From positions 2,208,001 to 2,272,000 of the forward strand of contig CP182352.1 in assembly GCA_048571215.1 (NCBI GenBank): a stretch of DNA of 64,000 nucleotides, given 5' to 3'. The DNA comes from Halarcobacter sp. Its GTDB lineage: Bacteria; Campylobacterota; Campylobacteria; Campylobacterales; Arcobacteraceae. Both the position numbers and the translations under genes were made by a program. Of this stretch, positions 20,746-29,520 are shown piece after piece (the stretch's first letter is position 1; the number at the start of each line of letters is the position of its first letter). The notes under the pieces are model-generated. The model ran no database searches. It was not told where the DNA came from and worked only from the letters and a program-made list of their open reading frames with translations.

Positions 20746-21040
20746 ATTTTATTTTGTATTTGTTTGTTGATTTTATTTTAGTGTTATTCGTTTTATCTTA
20801 GTTTTTTTAATTTAATTTTTTACTGTTTTTATTTATTTAGTTTTTAAATATTTTTTAGTTTTTATTTTGTTCTTTTAACTTTGTTTTACTATTTTTTATT
20901 TTAATGTTTTTGTAATTTTAATTTTGTTCTATTTTAATGTTTTTGTAATTTTTTTGATTCTTATTTTTTTAACTTTTGTTTTACTATTTTTATTTTTTCT
21001 TTAATTTTATTTTTTCTGTTTTTTATTTACTTAATTTAGA
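20746..21040. repeat. extremely T-rich low-complexity tract with short internal duplications
   Basis: ATTTTAATGTTTTTGTAATTT twice and AACTT(T)TGTTTTACTATTTTT twice; no ORF in the track. Confidence 0.7.
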
Positions 21041-21249
21041 TTGCTCTTAAATTAGCCAATTAAGACTAATCAAGAGTAGTATATCTTAATTATTTATCTT
21101 TGTCTAGTAAGTTCTAAAAAATATAAATTTATTCACAGAATAAAACAATAAAAAAAGCATTAATTTTTAAATTAATAACTTATTTTCTCTTCTAATCCTA
21201 TCTCAACAAACCAAGTGCTATTATTCTCCCCTAAAAAAAGGAGAATAGC

Positions 21250-22191
21250 ATGAAACTAACTGAAGTTATAAAAGATTTTAAATTTCATTGTGAATATGAA
21301 AAAAACTTAAGTGAAAAAACATTACAAGCGTATAATATAGATTTAAAACAATTTCAAGAGTTTAAAGATTATAAAAGTATAGATATTAAAGATTTTGATA
21401 AATACAAATTAAAAGATTATATTCAAAGTTTATATACACAAGACTTTAAAGCAAAAACTATAAAAAGGAAAGTTGCAGTTTTAAAAGCTCTTTTTACATA
21501 TTTAGAATTTGAAGAAATGATTTTAGTTAGTCCATTTAGAAAAATGAGAGTTTCGATTAAAGAACCTAAAAATCTACCTAAAACAATGGAACTAAAAGAG
21601 GTAAGAAAAGTTCTAAAATATTTATATAAATCAAAAGAAGAATTTTTAGATAAAGATGTTTATACATACAAAGCATTGGTAAGAGATATAGCAATAATAG
21701 AGATTTTATTTTCAACAGGTATAAGAGTATCTGAGTTATGCAGTATAAAACAAAAGAATATAAATTTACAAGCTGGGATTATCAAAATAAAAGGTAAAGG
21801 AGATAAAGAAAGGATAATACAAATATGTGATAATGAAGTAAAAAAAATACTTAGAGAATATATAAATTTATTTAGTATTCAAATGGAAAAAACAGAATAT
21901 TTTTTAGTTAATAGATTAGCAAATAAAACTTCAGAACAATCTGTTAGACTTATGATAAAAAAATATCAAAAGCTATGTGGTCTTGATAAACATATTACTC
22001 CCCATATGTTTAGACATAGCTTTGCTACTTTACTTTTAGAAGAAGGTGTTGATATACGATATATACAGCACATGTTGGGACATTCTTCAATCTCTACAAC
22101 CCAAATTTATACTCAAGTTAATATGAAACAACAGAAGAAGATACTGAATACAAAACATCCAAGGAGGGGTTTAAGTTTTGTAGATGAATGA
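21250..22191 (+). CDS. XerC/XerD-like tyrosine recombinase
   Basis: TGIRVSEL, KGKGDKER, HMFRHSFAT, LGHSSISTTQIY; AAGGAG RBS; TGA stop. Confidence 0.95.
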   Translation: MKLTEVIKDFKFHCEYEKNLSEKTLQAYNIDLKQFQEFKDYKSIDIKDFDKYKLKDYIQSLYTQDFKAKTIKRKVAVLKALFTYLEFEEMILVSPFRKMRVSIKEPKNLPKTMELKEVRKVLKYLYKSKEEFLDKDVYTYKALVRDIAIIEILFSTGIRVSELCSIKQKNINLQAGIIKIKGKGDKERIIQICDNEVKKILREYINLFSIQMEKTEYFLVNRLANKTSEQSVRLMIKKYQKLCGLDKHITPHMFRHSFATLLLEEGVDIRYIQHMLGHSSISTTQIYTQVNMKQQKKILNTKHPRRGLSFVDE

Positions 22192-22193
22192 TT

Positions 22194-22209
22194 GATAATA
22201 GGTAGTTAT
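22194..22209 (+). other. putative tyrosine-recombinase core site (left)
   Basis: GATAA-TAGGTAG-TTAT; exact reverse complement at 25447-25462. Confidence 0.7.
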
Positions 22210-24462
22210 GATTAAGAAATTATTTGACCGTGAACATGAAAGACATCTTTTAAAAACTTTTTTTGAGAGTAATGATTCCTTTTTTATTGTAATTGGAGAA
22301 AGTGGTGTTGGTAAAAGTTCTATTATCCAAAATACTTTAATAAAAAACTTTTCTTTATCAGAAATAATATCAATATCTTTTAAACCTGAAAATAATATAA
22401 ATAATTTTATTGAAGATGAAGATTTTCTTAAAAATCGGATACACAGTTTATATAGTGAATGTAGAAAAAGAAATATAAATATAGTAAAAAATATAACGAT
22501 AGATTTTAAAGATAAACTTTCAACAATATCGACTAGTGTAGGTATTTCAGGACCGGTAATAGGTTTGGGATTTTCAAATAAAAATATAACTGTTGATGAA
22601 GATTATATTATTCAGTTTGATAAAATAATATATGGTAAACCATATAAAATAATATATTTTTCTAATATAGAACTAGCTAATGCAAATGACTTAAAAATTG
22701 TTGAGCTTTTTTTTAAGTTAGTTAGAAATAAAAAATTAAATATAAAAATGATATTTGAAGTAGGTACATTAAGTGAAAATACAAATTCTACTTTTTTAAA
22801 AAAGCTTTTAGAAGAACATGATGTTTTAGTAAAGCCTTTTAATGAATATTTTACAAATGACTTTTATAAGTTCTATCATAAAGCTAATCCACCGATTGAG
22901 CTATTTGCAAAATCAAAGGGCAATCCCTTTTATATAGTTCACTATTCAAAAAGTATAAAAAATTTTGCAATATTTGATTTAATTAAATCAAAACTTGCTT
23001 CATTAGATATAGACTTATTAAATATAGTCTATACATTATATATACTTGGAGGTTCTGCATCTATTAAAGACTTCAAAGAATTAAGTGAAATTAAAATTGA
23101 TACATTATTATTTCAAATTGAACAATTAGAATTACTTGAAATTCTAACAATCTATAAAAATAAAGTTTCATTTTTTCACTCATTTTTTTCTATATTTTTA
23201 GATACGAAAGACTCAGTAGTTTTAACAGAAATTAGTATTAGAATTAAAAATAGGTTGTTAAATGATTTAGAAAATATTCAAGATGATAATATCCTTTTAC
23301 TGATAAATCTTTTATATAAAACTAATGAAATTAAGAAATTAAGAAAGGTTGGATGGGATTTAGCAAAAAAAACATATTTAGAGCAAAAATATAATTTAAC
23401 AATTTTTATTTGTAAGATACTAATAGAAAATATTTCTGAAAAAAAGTTAAAAACTTTTCCTTCTCTTTTACTAATTCAGTCTTCTATATTAATTGGTAAT
23501 GCTCAAAATTATTTAAAGTACCTAAAAAAATTTGTAAGTATAGATATTAATAATAAATATCTTGTTTCATGCATCAAATCACAGTTACTTTACCAAGAAA
23601 ATAAGTTTCAAGAATCAGTAAATGAAATAGAGAGAACTTTAAAAGAAATTAATAACCAAAGGCTTGAAATAATTCTTTTAGGACTGAATTGTAGTAATTA
23701 TATTGCACTAGGAAACTTTAAAGAAGCTAAAAGTAATTTCATACAAGCAAAAAGCCTTGCAGAAATATTAAATTATAAAGAAATTCTTTTTGAACTTTTA
23801 CGACTTAGTCCTAAGATATTTGGTTGGAAAGTGGGAAGTGAGCTAATATATAAATTTACTAACAATAAAATATCTAATAGTTATGAATATACTAAATACA
23901 AATCTAAACATAATTTAGGTTTTGCAAAAATTCTTACAACAGAAGGTAAAGAAGGACTTGATGAACTATTAGAATCCAAAAGTTATTTTGAAATAAACAG
24001 TATGCCAGAAGTCACTTATTCAGTTGTAGGATTGTCTGTTTATTTAATACTAAAAGAATCATTAGATGATGCAATGTTCTATTTATTAGATGCAAAAAAG
24101 TTTTATACTAAAGCTTTTAATATTTTAAATAATAGAGATAAACCTTTATCTGACCCTATACTTGTATATAAATCAAACTATAACTTATCTTTAATTTATT
24201 TAATTTTAGGAGATTATCCAAATGCAAAGAAGTTTTATAATAATATTTCTATACCAACTTCGGCTTCTTTCTATGAAGCAAGAATAAAGAAAAATGAATG
24301 GTTATATAAAACTATAAAAGAAAAAAGATAAATCTAATTAATGATGTTTATGACAAAAAAACTTGGCCTGTGAGTAAATTTAATTTTACACTTTCTAAGT
24401 TAAGTTTTTTTGACTTAAATTTAAAAATCATTACAAATGAGAATCTACCTAAAGAGCTATAG
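22208..24462 (+). CDS. P-loop NTPase (STAND-like) with winged-helix and TPR-like repeats; probable frameshift in the A-run at ~24321-24326
   Basis: Walker A GESGVGKS, KGNPFY motif, helical TPR-like C-terminal half; track ORF stops at 24331 but the shifted frame continues KINLINDVYDKKTW...PKEL to TAG 24460-24462. Confidence 0.7.
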
Positions 24463-25443
24463 CTTTTTTTGTCTTTTTACTGAATATTTGATTAATTGTT
24501 CAAACATATCCTCAAAACTTTTAAAAAATGTATTAGCTACTTTTGAAAATGCAACTCCTGTTAAAAAAGGACCTGTATTTATTTCTAATAAATAAGCATC
24601 CCTATTTTTTATATCATATCTAAAATCCATACGACAATAATCTTTAATTTCTAAAAAATCGATTAGTTTTTTAGCTATATTTACAAGTGTGACATCCTTT
24701 ATACACTTTAATTCCCTAACAAATCCTGATTCTTTTTCTTTTGCATAAGAAGAAATATAGTTACCCTCATATTCTTGCCTTAAAGGTAAAATCTTCCAGT
24801 TATCAGTATGAATACATGCAACAGTAACCTCTTCGCCTAGTAATGCTTCTTCAATCAAAATATCATCAATACCATTTTCCAATAAAACTTTTATATTACC
24901 AATAGCTTCTTCATAAGAGTAAGCTAAAGGGTTTTTTACAAACTCCATTCCAATGCTATTATCAAACTTAGATGGTTTAATAAATAAAGGAAGAGAAAGG
25001 CTAGAAATAGAATCAAATGAAAAGTCATACTTATTACTAAATAATATTGAATTTGAAGTGGTTATACCTTTACTTGTCACAACTTTTTTTAATAAATCTT
25101 TATCTTGACATAACGTTTGAACAAAGGAAGAAGAACCTATATAGGGCTTTTTTATCAAGTGCAAAAATGAAGGAAGATGAGAACCAATAAATATATTAGA
25201 TCCATCTGTTAGATTCCAAAAAATTGAATTATCATATTTTTCTATAAGATTAAATATTTCTTTTCTATTTAATTTATGATAATCTAACAATATAACATTA
25301 AATCCTATACTTTCAAGAGAAGACTTTACTATATTAATTTCATCTAATGATGCTAAAAACCTTGAGAAAACATAAGGATTTTTCAATCCTTTATTTTTTT
25401 TAATCCAATCCTCTCTTGATTCAAAAAATAAAAATATATTCAT
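24457..25443 (-). CDS. ATP-grasp ligase (D-Ala-D-Ala ligase-like fold)
   Basis: PYIGSS, QDKDLLK, PLFIKP..DNSIG, LIEE.L.G.E.TV, RMDFR, LLEINTGP. Confidence 0.85.
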   Translation of the reverse strand: MNIFLFFESREDWIKKNKGLKNPYVFSRFLASLDEINIVKSSLESIGFNVILLDYHKLNRKEIFNLIEKYDNSIFWNLTDGSNIFIGSHLPSFLHLIKKPYIGSSSFVQTLCQDKDLLKKVVTSKGITTSNSILFSNKYDFSFDSISSLSLPLFIKPSKFDNSIGMEFVKNPLAYSYEEAIGNIKVLLENGIDDILIEEALLGEEVTVACIHTDNWKILPLRQEYEGNYISSYAKEKESGFVRELKCIKDVTLVNIAKKLIDFLEIKDYCRMDFRYDIKNRDAYLLEINTGPFLTGVAFSKVANTFFKSFEDMFEQLIKYSVKRQKKL

Positions 25444-25446
25444 TTG

Positions 25447-25462
25447 ATAACTACCTATTATC
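25447..25462 (-). other. putative tyrosine-recombinase core site (right, inverted)
   Basis: ATAACTACCTATTATC is the reverse complement of 22194-22209; with 25446 it forms GATAA-N7-TTATC. Confidence 0.7.
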
Positions 25463-25573
25463 TATTGTTAAATTTAATAAATATTTTAGCAGGTTATTTA
25501 TTAAAACTTTTTGCTTATTATTGAAAAGTATGAGATAATATGAACATAGTTTACTTTACTATTAAATACTTCT

Positions 25574-25984
25574 ATGTTAAATAAATTAAATACAAATACT
25601 TTAAAAGAGTCTTATATCCTTTCTAATGAAGAAATAAAATTATCTAGACAATTCATTATAGAAAATCAAAATATAATGCAAAAAGATTTTGAAGAAAGTC
25701 TATCGGAAAACAAATTATTAATTTTAATTAACCCTATACATGTACCAATAAAAGAAAATTATATACTTGCTATGAAAGCAATAGTTATTATGAAAGAAAA
25801 TTGAGCAAAAAGATTAGATGAATTTGATAATTATTTCAATATAACAGATAATAAACTATCTGATTATCATGATAAAATAAATAAATTAAAAAAGGAAGTG
25901 GATAAACAACAGAAACTTGATGAGAAAAAAGCAAATACATTAATGAATAAGATTAAGAGTTGAGATTATTTAGATGAAAAATAA
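25574..25984 (+). CDS. hypothetical protein, 136 aa with two in-frame TGA (code 25 inferred)
   Basis: Track ORF ends at TGA 25802-25804 but the frame continues 59 codons to TAA 25982-25984, followed by a terminator. Confidence 0.65.
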
Positions 25985-26010
25985 AAATCAGCAATTCTAA
26001 AAAACAAAGC

Positions 26011-26052
26011 AAAAAAATCAAGGTAGTATAAATCTCCACCTTGATTTTTTTT
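26011..26052. terminator. intrinsic terminator similar to the one at 19029
   Basis: AAAAAAATCAAGGT...ACCTTGATTTTTTT. Confidence 0.7.
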
Positions 26053-26104
26053 AGCTAATTGTTTTTTGCCCTTAAATCACTTTTATTTTTTAATATTTGT
26101 GATT

Positions 26105-26437
26105 ATGAATACAAATATACTTATGGATTTATCAAGAAATACTCTTTGAGCTTGATATTTAGATGTTCAATTTTTAGTTGAACTTGTTGAAAAATACAAT
26201 CTTGATATAGATGATATATCTGAAAATATTGAATTCTGTTTTTGAAAAGAGTTTAAAACAGATATAAACTATTTCATTTATGAAGCTTTAACTCAAATTG
26301 CTTCAAAATTTATTGAATCAAATATTGAATTATTTGAATCTGAAAGTAATGAATTTGAAATCTATACAAATTTTTTTGATAGTCATATATATTTCACTTC
26401 GGAAATTGTTCAAAGTGAATTTGAGAACTTTTATTAA
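26105..26437 (+). CDS. acidic hypothetical protein, 110 aa with three in-frame TGA (code 25 inferred)
   Basis: MNTNILMDLSRNTL[TGA]A[TGA]YLDVQ...CF[TGA]KEF...EIYTNFFDSHIYF...ENFY-TAA; no GGN codons. Confidence 0.7.
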
Positions 26438-26456
26438 AAAGTTCTCTTTTTAAACT

Positions 26457-26627
26457 TTAATAATACCTCTTCAAACACTCTTCACACATCTTATGAGAAA
26501 TAGAATAACCTTTAGCATCCCATTTCTCAGTAAATTCATCTAAACTATCACATCAAGGACATAGCTCAATATATTTTCTATCTTCATCTATATATAAAAT
26601 ATTCTCTTTTGCTTCTCTATAAAACAT
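26457..26627 (-). CDS. small zinc-finger-like protein, 56 aa with one in-frame TGA (code 25 inferred)
   Basis: MFYREAK...ELCP[TGA]CDS...SISHKMCEECLKRYY; TGA lies inside the first CxxC pair. Confidence 0.65.
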
Positions 26628-26671
26628 ATAAATATAAATTAATTGGTATTTTAATTGAGTGCTTTGGCGAA

Positions 26672-26810
26672 CAAAAAAAGCGGAGAAAGCTATCACCGCA
26701 AAACCAAACATATTAGATGTATCAATCACATAAAATAAGTGGAAATGATAACTTCCTCCACTCTTTAAATGATTGATTTAAAATAATTCTATTATGTATG
26801 ATTTTGCTTT
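26672..26810 (-). promoter_or_regulatory. structured RNA leader with two alternative pairings
   Basis: 26793-26807 pairs with 26698-26712; 26746-26762 pairs with 26679-26695, all three mismatches being G-U on the minus strand, followed by U7. Confidence 0.55.
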
Positions 26811-27047
26811 TTTACTATAAACATTTTTCTAAATATTTCAAATATATTTTAGAACTTCTAAAATGTTTGTACAACACATTTATACAAAAAAATAGTATTT
26901 TAAAATTTAAAGACAATTACTATATTGATGGTATATTAAATTAGCATTAAAGAGCCTAAAAATAGTATTTTTTTGACAAAAAATAAAATTTTATGCTTTA
27001 ATTAATTTCGTTGCGCAACGACTTTAAAATTTAAATAAAATATTATA

Positions 27048-27413
27048 TTGAATACATTTGAAACCCTTTTAGAGATAAAAACAGCAAAAAAGAATTTATC
27101 TCTAAAAGCAATATATATAAAACATCCAAGTAAAAAATTAAAATGAACCTTTTATATTTACTACTTTGATAAAATTAGTCACTCTTTACATATCAACTGA
27201 ATAAATAAAAAAACTATTTCAGAAAGTTCGCTAGAAGAGATTATAAATAGAGTATTTAAAAAAGAAGAAAATAAAAATAAAAAACCAAGTGTTTTTTACT
27301 TTTCTATGCAAGATGATATTGTGTATATTGATAGAGTTAAATTAAAAGCTCAAACAAATAAAAAATGAGAAATTATAAAACTACTTATTGATAGTTCAAA
27401 ATTATACTCTTAA
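27048..27413 (+). CDS. hypothetical protein, ~121 aa with three in-frame TGA (code 25 inferred; may be truncated)
   Basis: TTG 27048 to TAA 27411-27413 with no TAA/TAG between; no GGN codons. Confidence 0.5.
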
Positions 27414-27658
27414 GAAATCTAGAGATTATCATCTATTGGTTTTACCAATAGAGCAAGTTTGCACATTTTCTAGAATTCTTAAGAATTCATCGAAAAAGTG
27501 CGAAACTTGTTCAGGGAAATTAAATTAAAAATTTATCCCTAAAAACCCTTATCAAAAAAATAAAAAACTTGTGATTATAAATTAAAAATTGATAGTTTTT
27601 TATGAAGTCGCAAAACTATAAAGTTTTACTCAAAATGAGAGATAAAAATAAGCGTATT

Positions 27659-27889
27659 TTATCTCCCTAATAAGAAATCCTCTCTTACAGCTTCTCTACC
27701 CCTTTCTATAAAATATAGAATTGTAGAAGTAAGAGTATTTCTATTTAAAAGCTCTTGCAATTTCTTTAACTCATCATATTCCCTTTGAGTGAAAGAAAGC
27801 ATAACCTTTTTTTCTCTTGATTCTTCTTTTTCAAGTTTAGGTCTTCCGACCACTCTATTTTTTCTTCGTTCTAGTTCTTCTTTATCCAT
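27659..27889 (-). CDS. small DNA-binding protein (RHH-like)
   Basis: GRPK..KKVMLSFTQREYDELKKL; AAGGA RBS; divergent from mob genes. Confidence 0.6.
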   Translation of the reverse strand: MDKEELERRKNRVVGRPKLEKEESREKKVMLSFTQREYDELKKLQELLNRNTLTSTILYFIERGREAVREDFLLGR

Positions 27890-28065
27890 AGTAAAATTCC
27901 TTTAAAAGAATTATATATCAAAAAATATTAAATTACTATGCTTAAACTATTTAAATCTAGTTAAATCTATTTTTTCTTACTTTTTATTAATTAATACTAA
28001 GTATTTATTATAAAATTTAAGTAAAAATACTTTAAAATTAGTTTATATCAAATAAGGAGCCTGTT

Positions 28066-28293
28066 ATGACTAGTGATGAAAGAGTGATATTTGAAACCCT
28101 ATATTCAAAACATAAAAAAATTGCCTTAAGTAAAAAAGAAATGTCTTTGGAGTGCGGGATTAGTGTATCAACCCTAGACAGACTTAGAAAAAATGGCTTA
28201 GGATGTGCATATAAAAAAGAGCGAAATGGAGATATTTTTTATCCCTTAACAGAACTTGCAAAATATTACACACAAGTAGTACAAACTTATTAA
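28066..28293 (+). CDS. excisionase/AlpA-like HTH protein
   Basis: LSKKEMSLECGISVSTLDRLRKNG...IFYPL..LAKY. Confidence 0.7.
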   Translation: MTSDERVIFETLYSKHKKIALSKKEMSLECGISVSTLDRLRKNGLGCAYKKERNGDIFYPLTELAKYYTQVVQTY

Positions 28294-28307
28294 TTAAAGA
28301 GTTAATT

Positions 28308-28670
28308 ATGAGTAACTATCAAAAAGAGTATAAGAAACAATATAATGAAAAGAATAAAATAGTAACCTTTCCATTATCAAATGCCTTTTACAGCGAACTA
28401 AAAAAAAGAGCATATTATCTTGATGTAAAAACAAACTCTTATGCAAAAAATATTGTAACAGAGTATTTAAATGACAATGTTTTTAGAACTCTTACAAGTG
28501 AGAAAAAAGAGATTATCAAGGAGTATATACATATATCAAGAGGTATTGCTAATAACATCAATCAAATAGCTCATAAAACAAATATTGAATCAACAGTAGA
28601 TATTAATATTTTAATATCTTCATTAAAAAACTATGAAGATGAGTTTAAAAAATTCATAACCAAGATTTAA
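28308..28670 (+). CDS. mobC: MobC-like relaxosome accessory protein
   Basis: RGIANNINQIAHKTN motif; directly before the relaxase. Confidence 0.8.
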   Translation: MSNYQKEYKKQYNEKNKIVTFPLSNAFYSELKKRAYYLDVKTNSYAKNIVTEYLNDNVFRTLTSEKKEIIKEYIHISRGIANNINQIAHKTNIESTVDINILISSLKNYEDEFKKFITKI

Positions 28671-28671
28671 T

Positions 28672-29520
28672 ATGATAATTAAATCAATGAGTAGAAAGAG
28701 TAAATCTTTTTCACAACTATATGACTATTTAATGAGAGAAGAGCAATCATTCTGTTTTACAAGAAATGCTTACTCAAATCCCAAAAACAAAAAAGAACTA
28801 ATAAAAGAGTTTATGCAAAATAGCTATTATCTAAAAAATGCAAGAGGTAAAAACTATTTATACCATGAACTATTATCATTAGAGCAAAACAACTTATCAA
28901 TAAAAAGACAAAAAGAGATACTTTTAGATCTAGCAGATAAATTTCTAAAACTTAGAGCTAGTAATCATATAGCTTTTGGTGTAGTTCATGAAGATAAACA
29001 ACATATACATCTTCATCTAATGCTTAGTGCCAATGAAATTGAAGGACAAAAACGAGTAAGACTATCAAAGCAAGAACTAGCTTCAATACAAGCTACACTA
29101 GAGCATTATAAAAATGGAAAATATTTAGAACTTTCTCAATCTGAATTTTATCAAAAAAGAAAAGACCTTTCAAAGATGTACCAAAAAGAACAAGAGATGA
29201 AGCATAGAAGAAATAAACAGCCTAAAAAAGAGATGATAAAAGAAGAATTAGAAAAAATCTTTAAAACAGCAACATCAAGAAAATATTTAGAAAACTATCT
29301 AAAAAATAGAGGTTTTACACTTGATAAATCAAGAGGGCAAACTATAAAAATCATCTATGAAAACAAGCCCTATAGATTAAAAACACTTGGACTTGAAAAG
29401 GAATATAAAGAATTAGAAAAAAGACTAGAACAAATACAAGAAAGAGAGATGAAACGGCAAAGAGCAAAAGAAGAAAGAATCCAAACTAGAAAAAACCAAG
29501 AACAAACATTTGAAAGATGA
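28672..29520 (+). CDS. MOBP-type HUH relaxase
   Basis: MIIK...LYDYL, YHELLS, VVHEDKQHIHLHL; TGA stop overlapping the next gene. Confidence 0.85.
   Translation: MIIKSMSRKSKSFSQLYDYLMREEQSFCFTRNAYSNPKNKKELIKEFMQNSYYLKNARGKNYLYHELLSLEQNNLSIKRQKEILLDLADKFLKLRASNHIAFGVVHEDKQHIHLHLMLSANEIEGQKRVRLSKQELASIQATLEHYKNGKYLELSQSEFYQKRKDLSKMYQKEQEMKHRRNKQPKKEMIKEELEKIFKTATSRKYLENYLKNRGFTLDKSRGQTIKIIYENKPYRLKTLGLEKEYKELEKRLEQIQEREMKRQRAKEERIQTRKNQEQTFER

Noticed and set aside
595..27413. Reading the TGA-rich ORFs as ordinary pseudogenes, code 4 (UGA=Trp) or selenoproteins
   Set aside because: Random decay in AT-rich DNA would give TAA/TAG and frameshifts, and none occur; TGA maps to Gly motif positions while TGG supplies Trp; 11-32 TGA per long gene at non-Cys sites does not fit selenocysteine.
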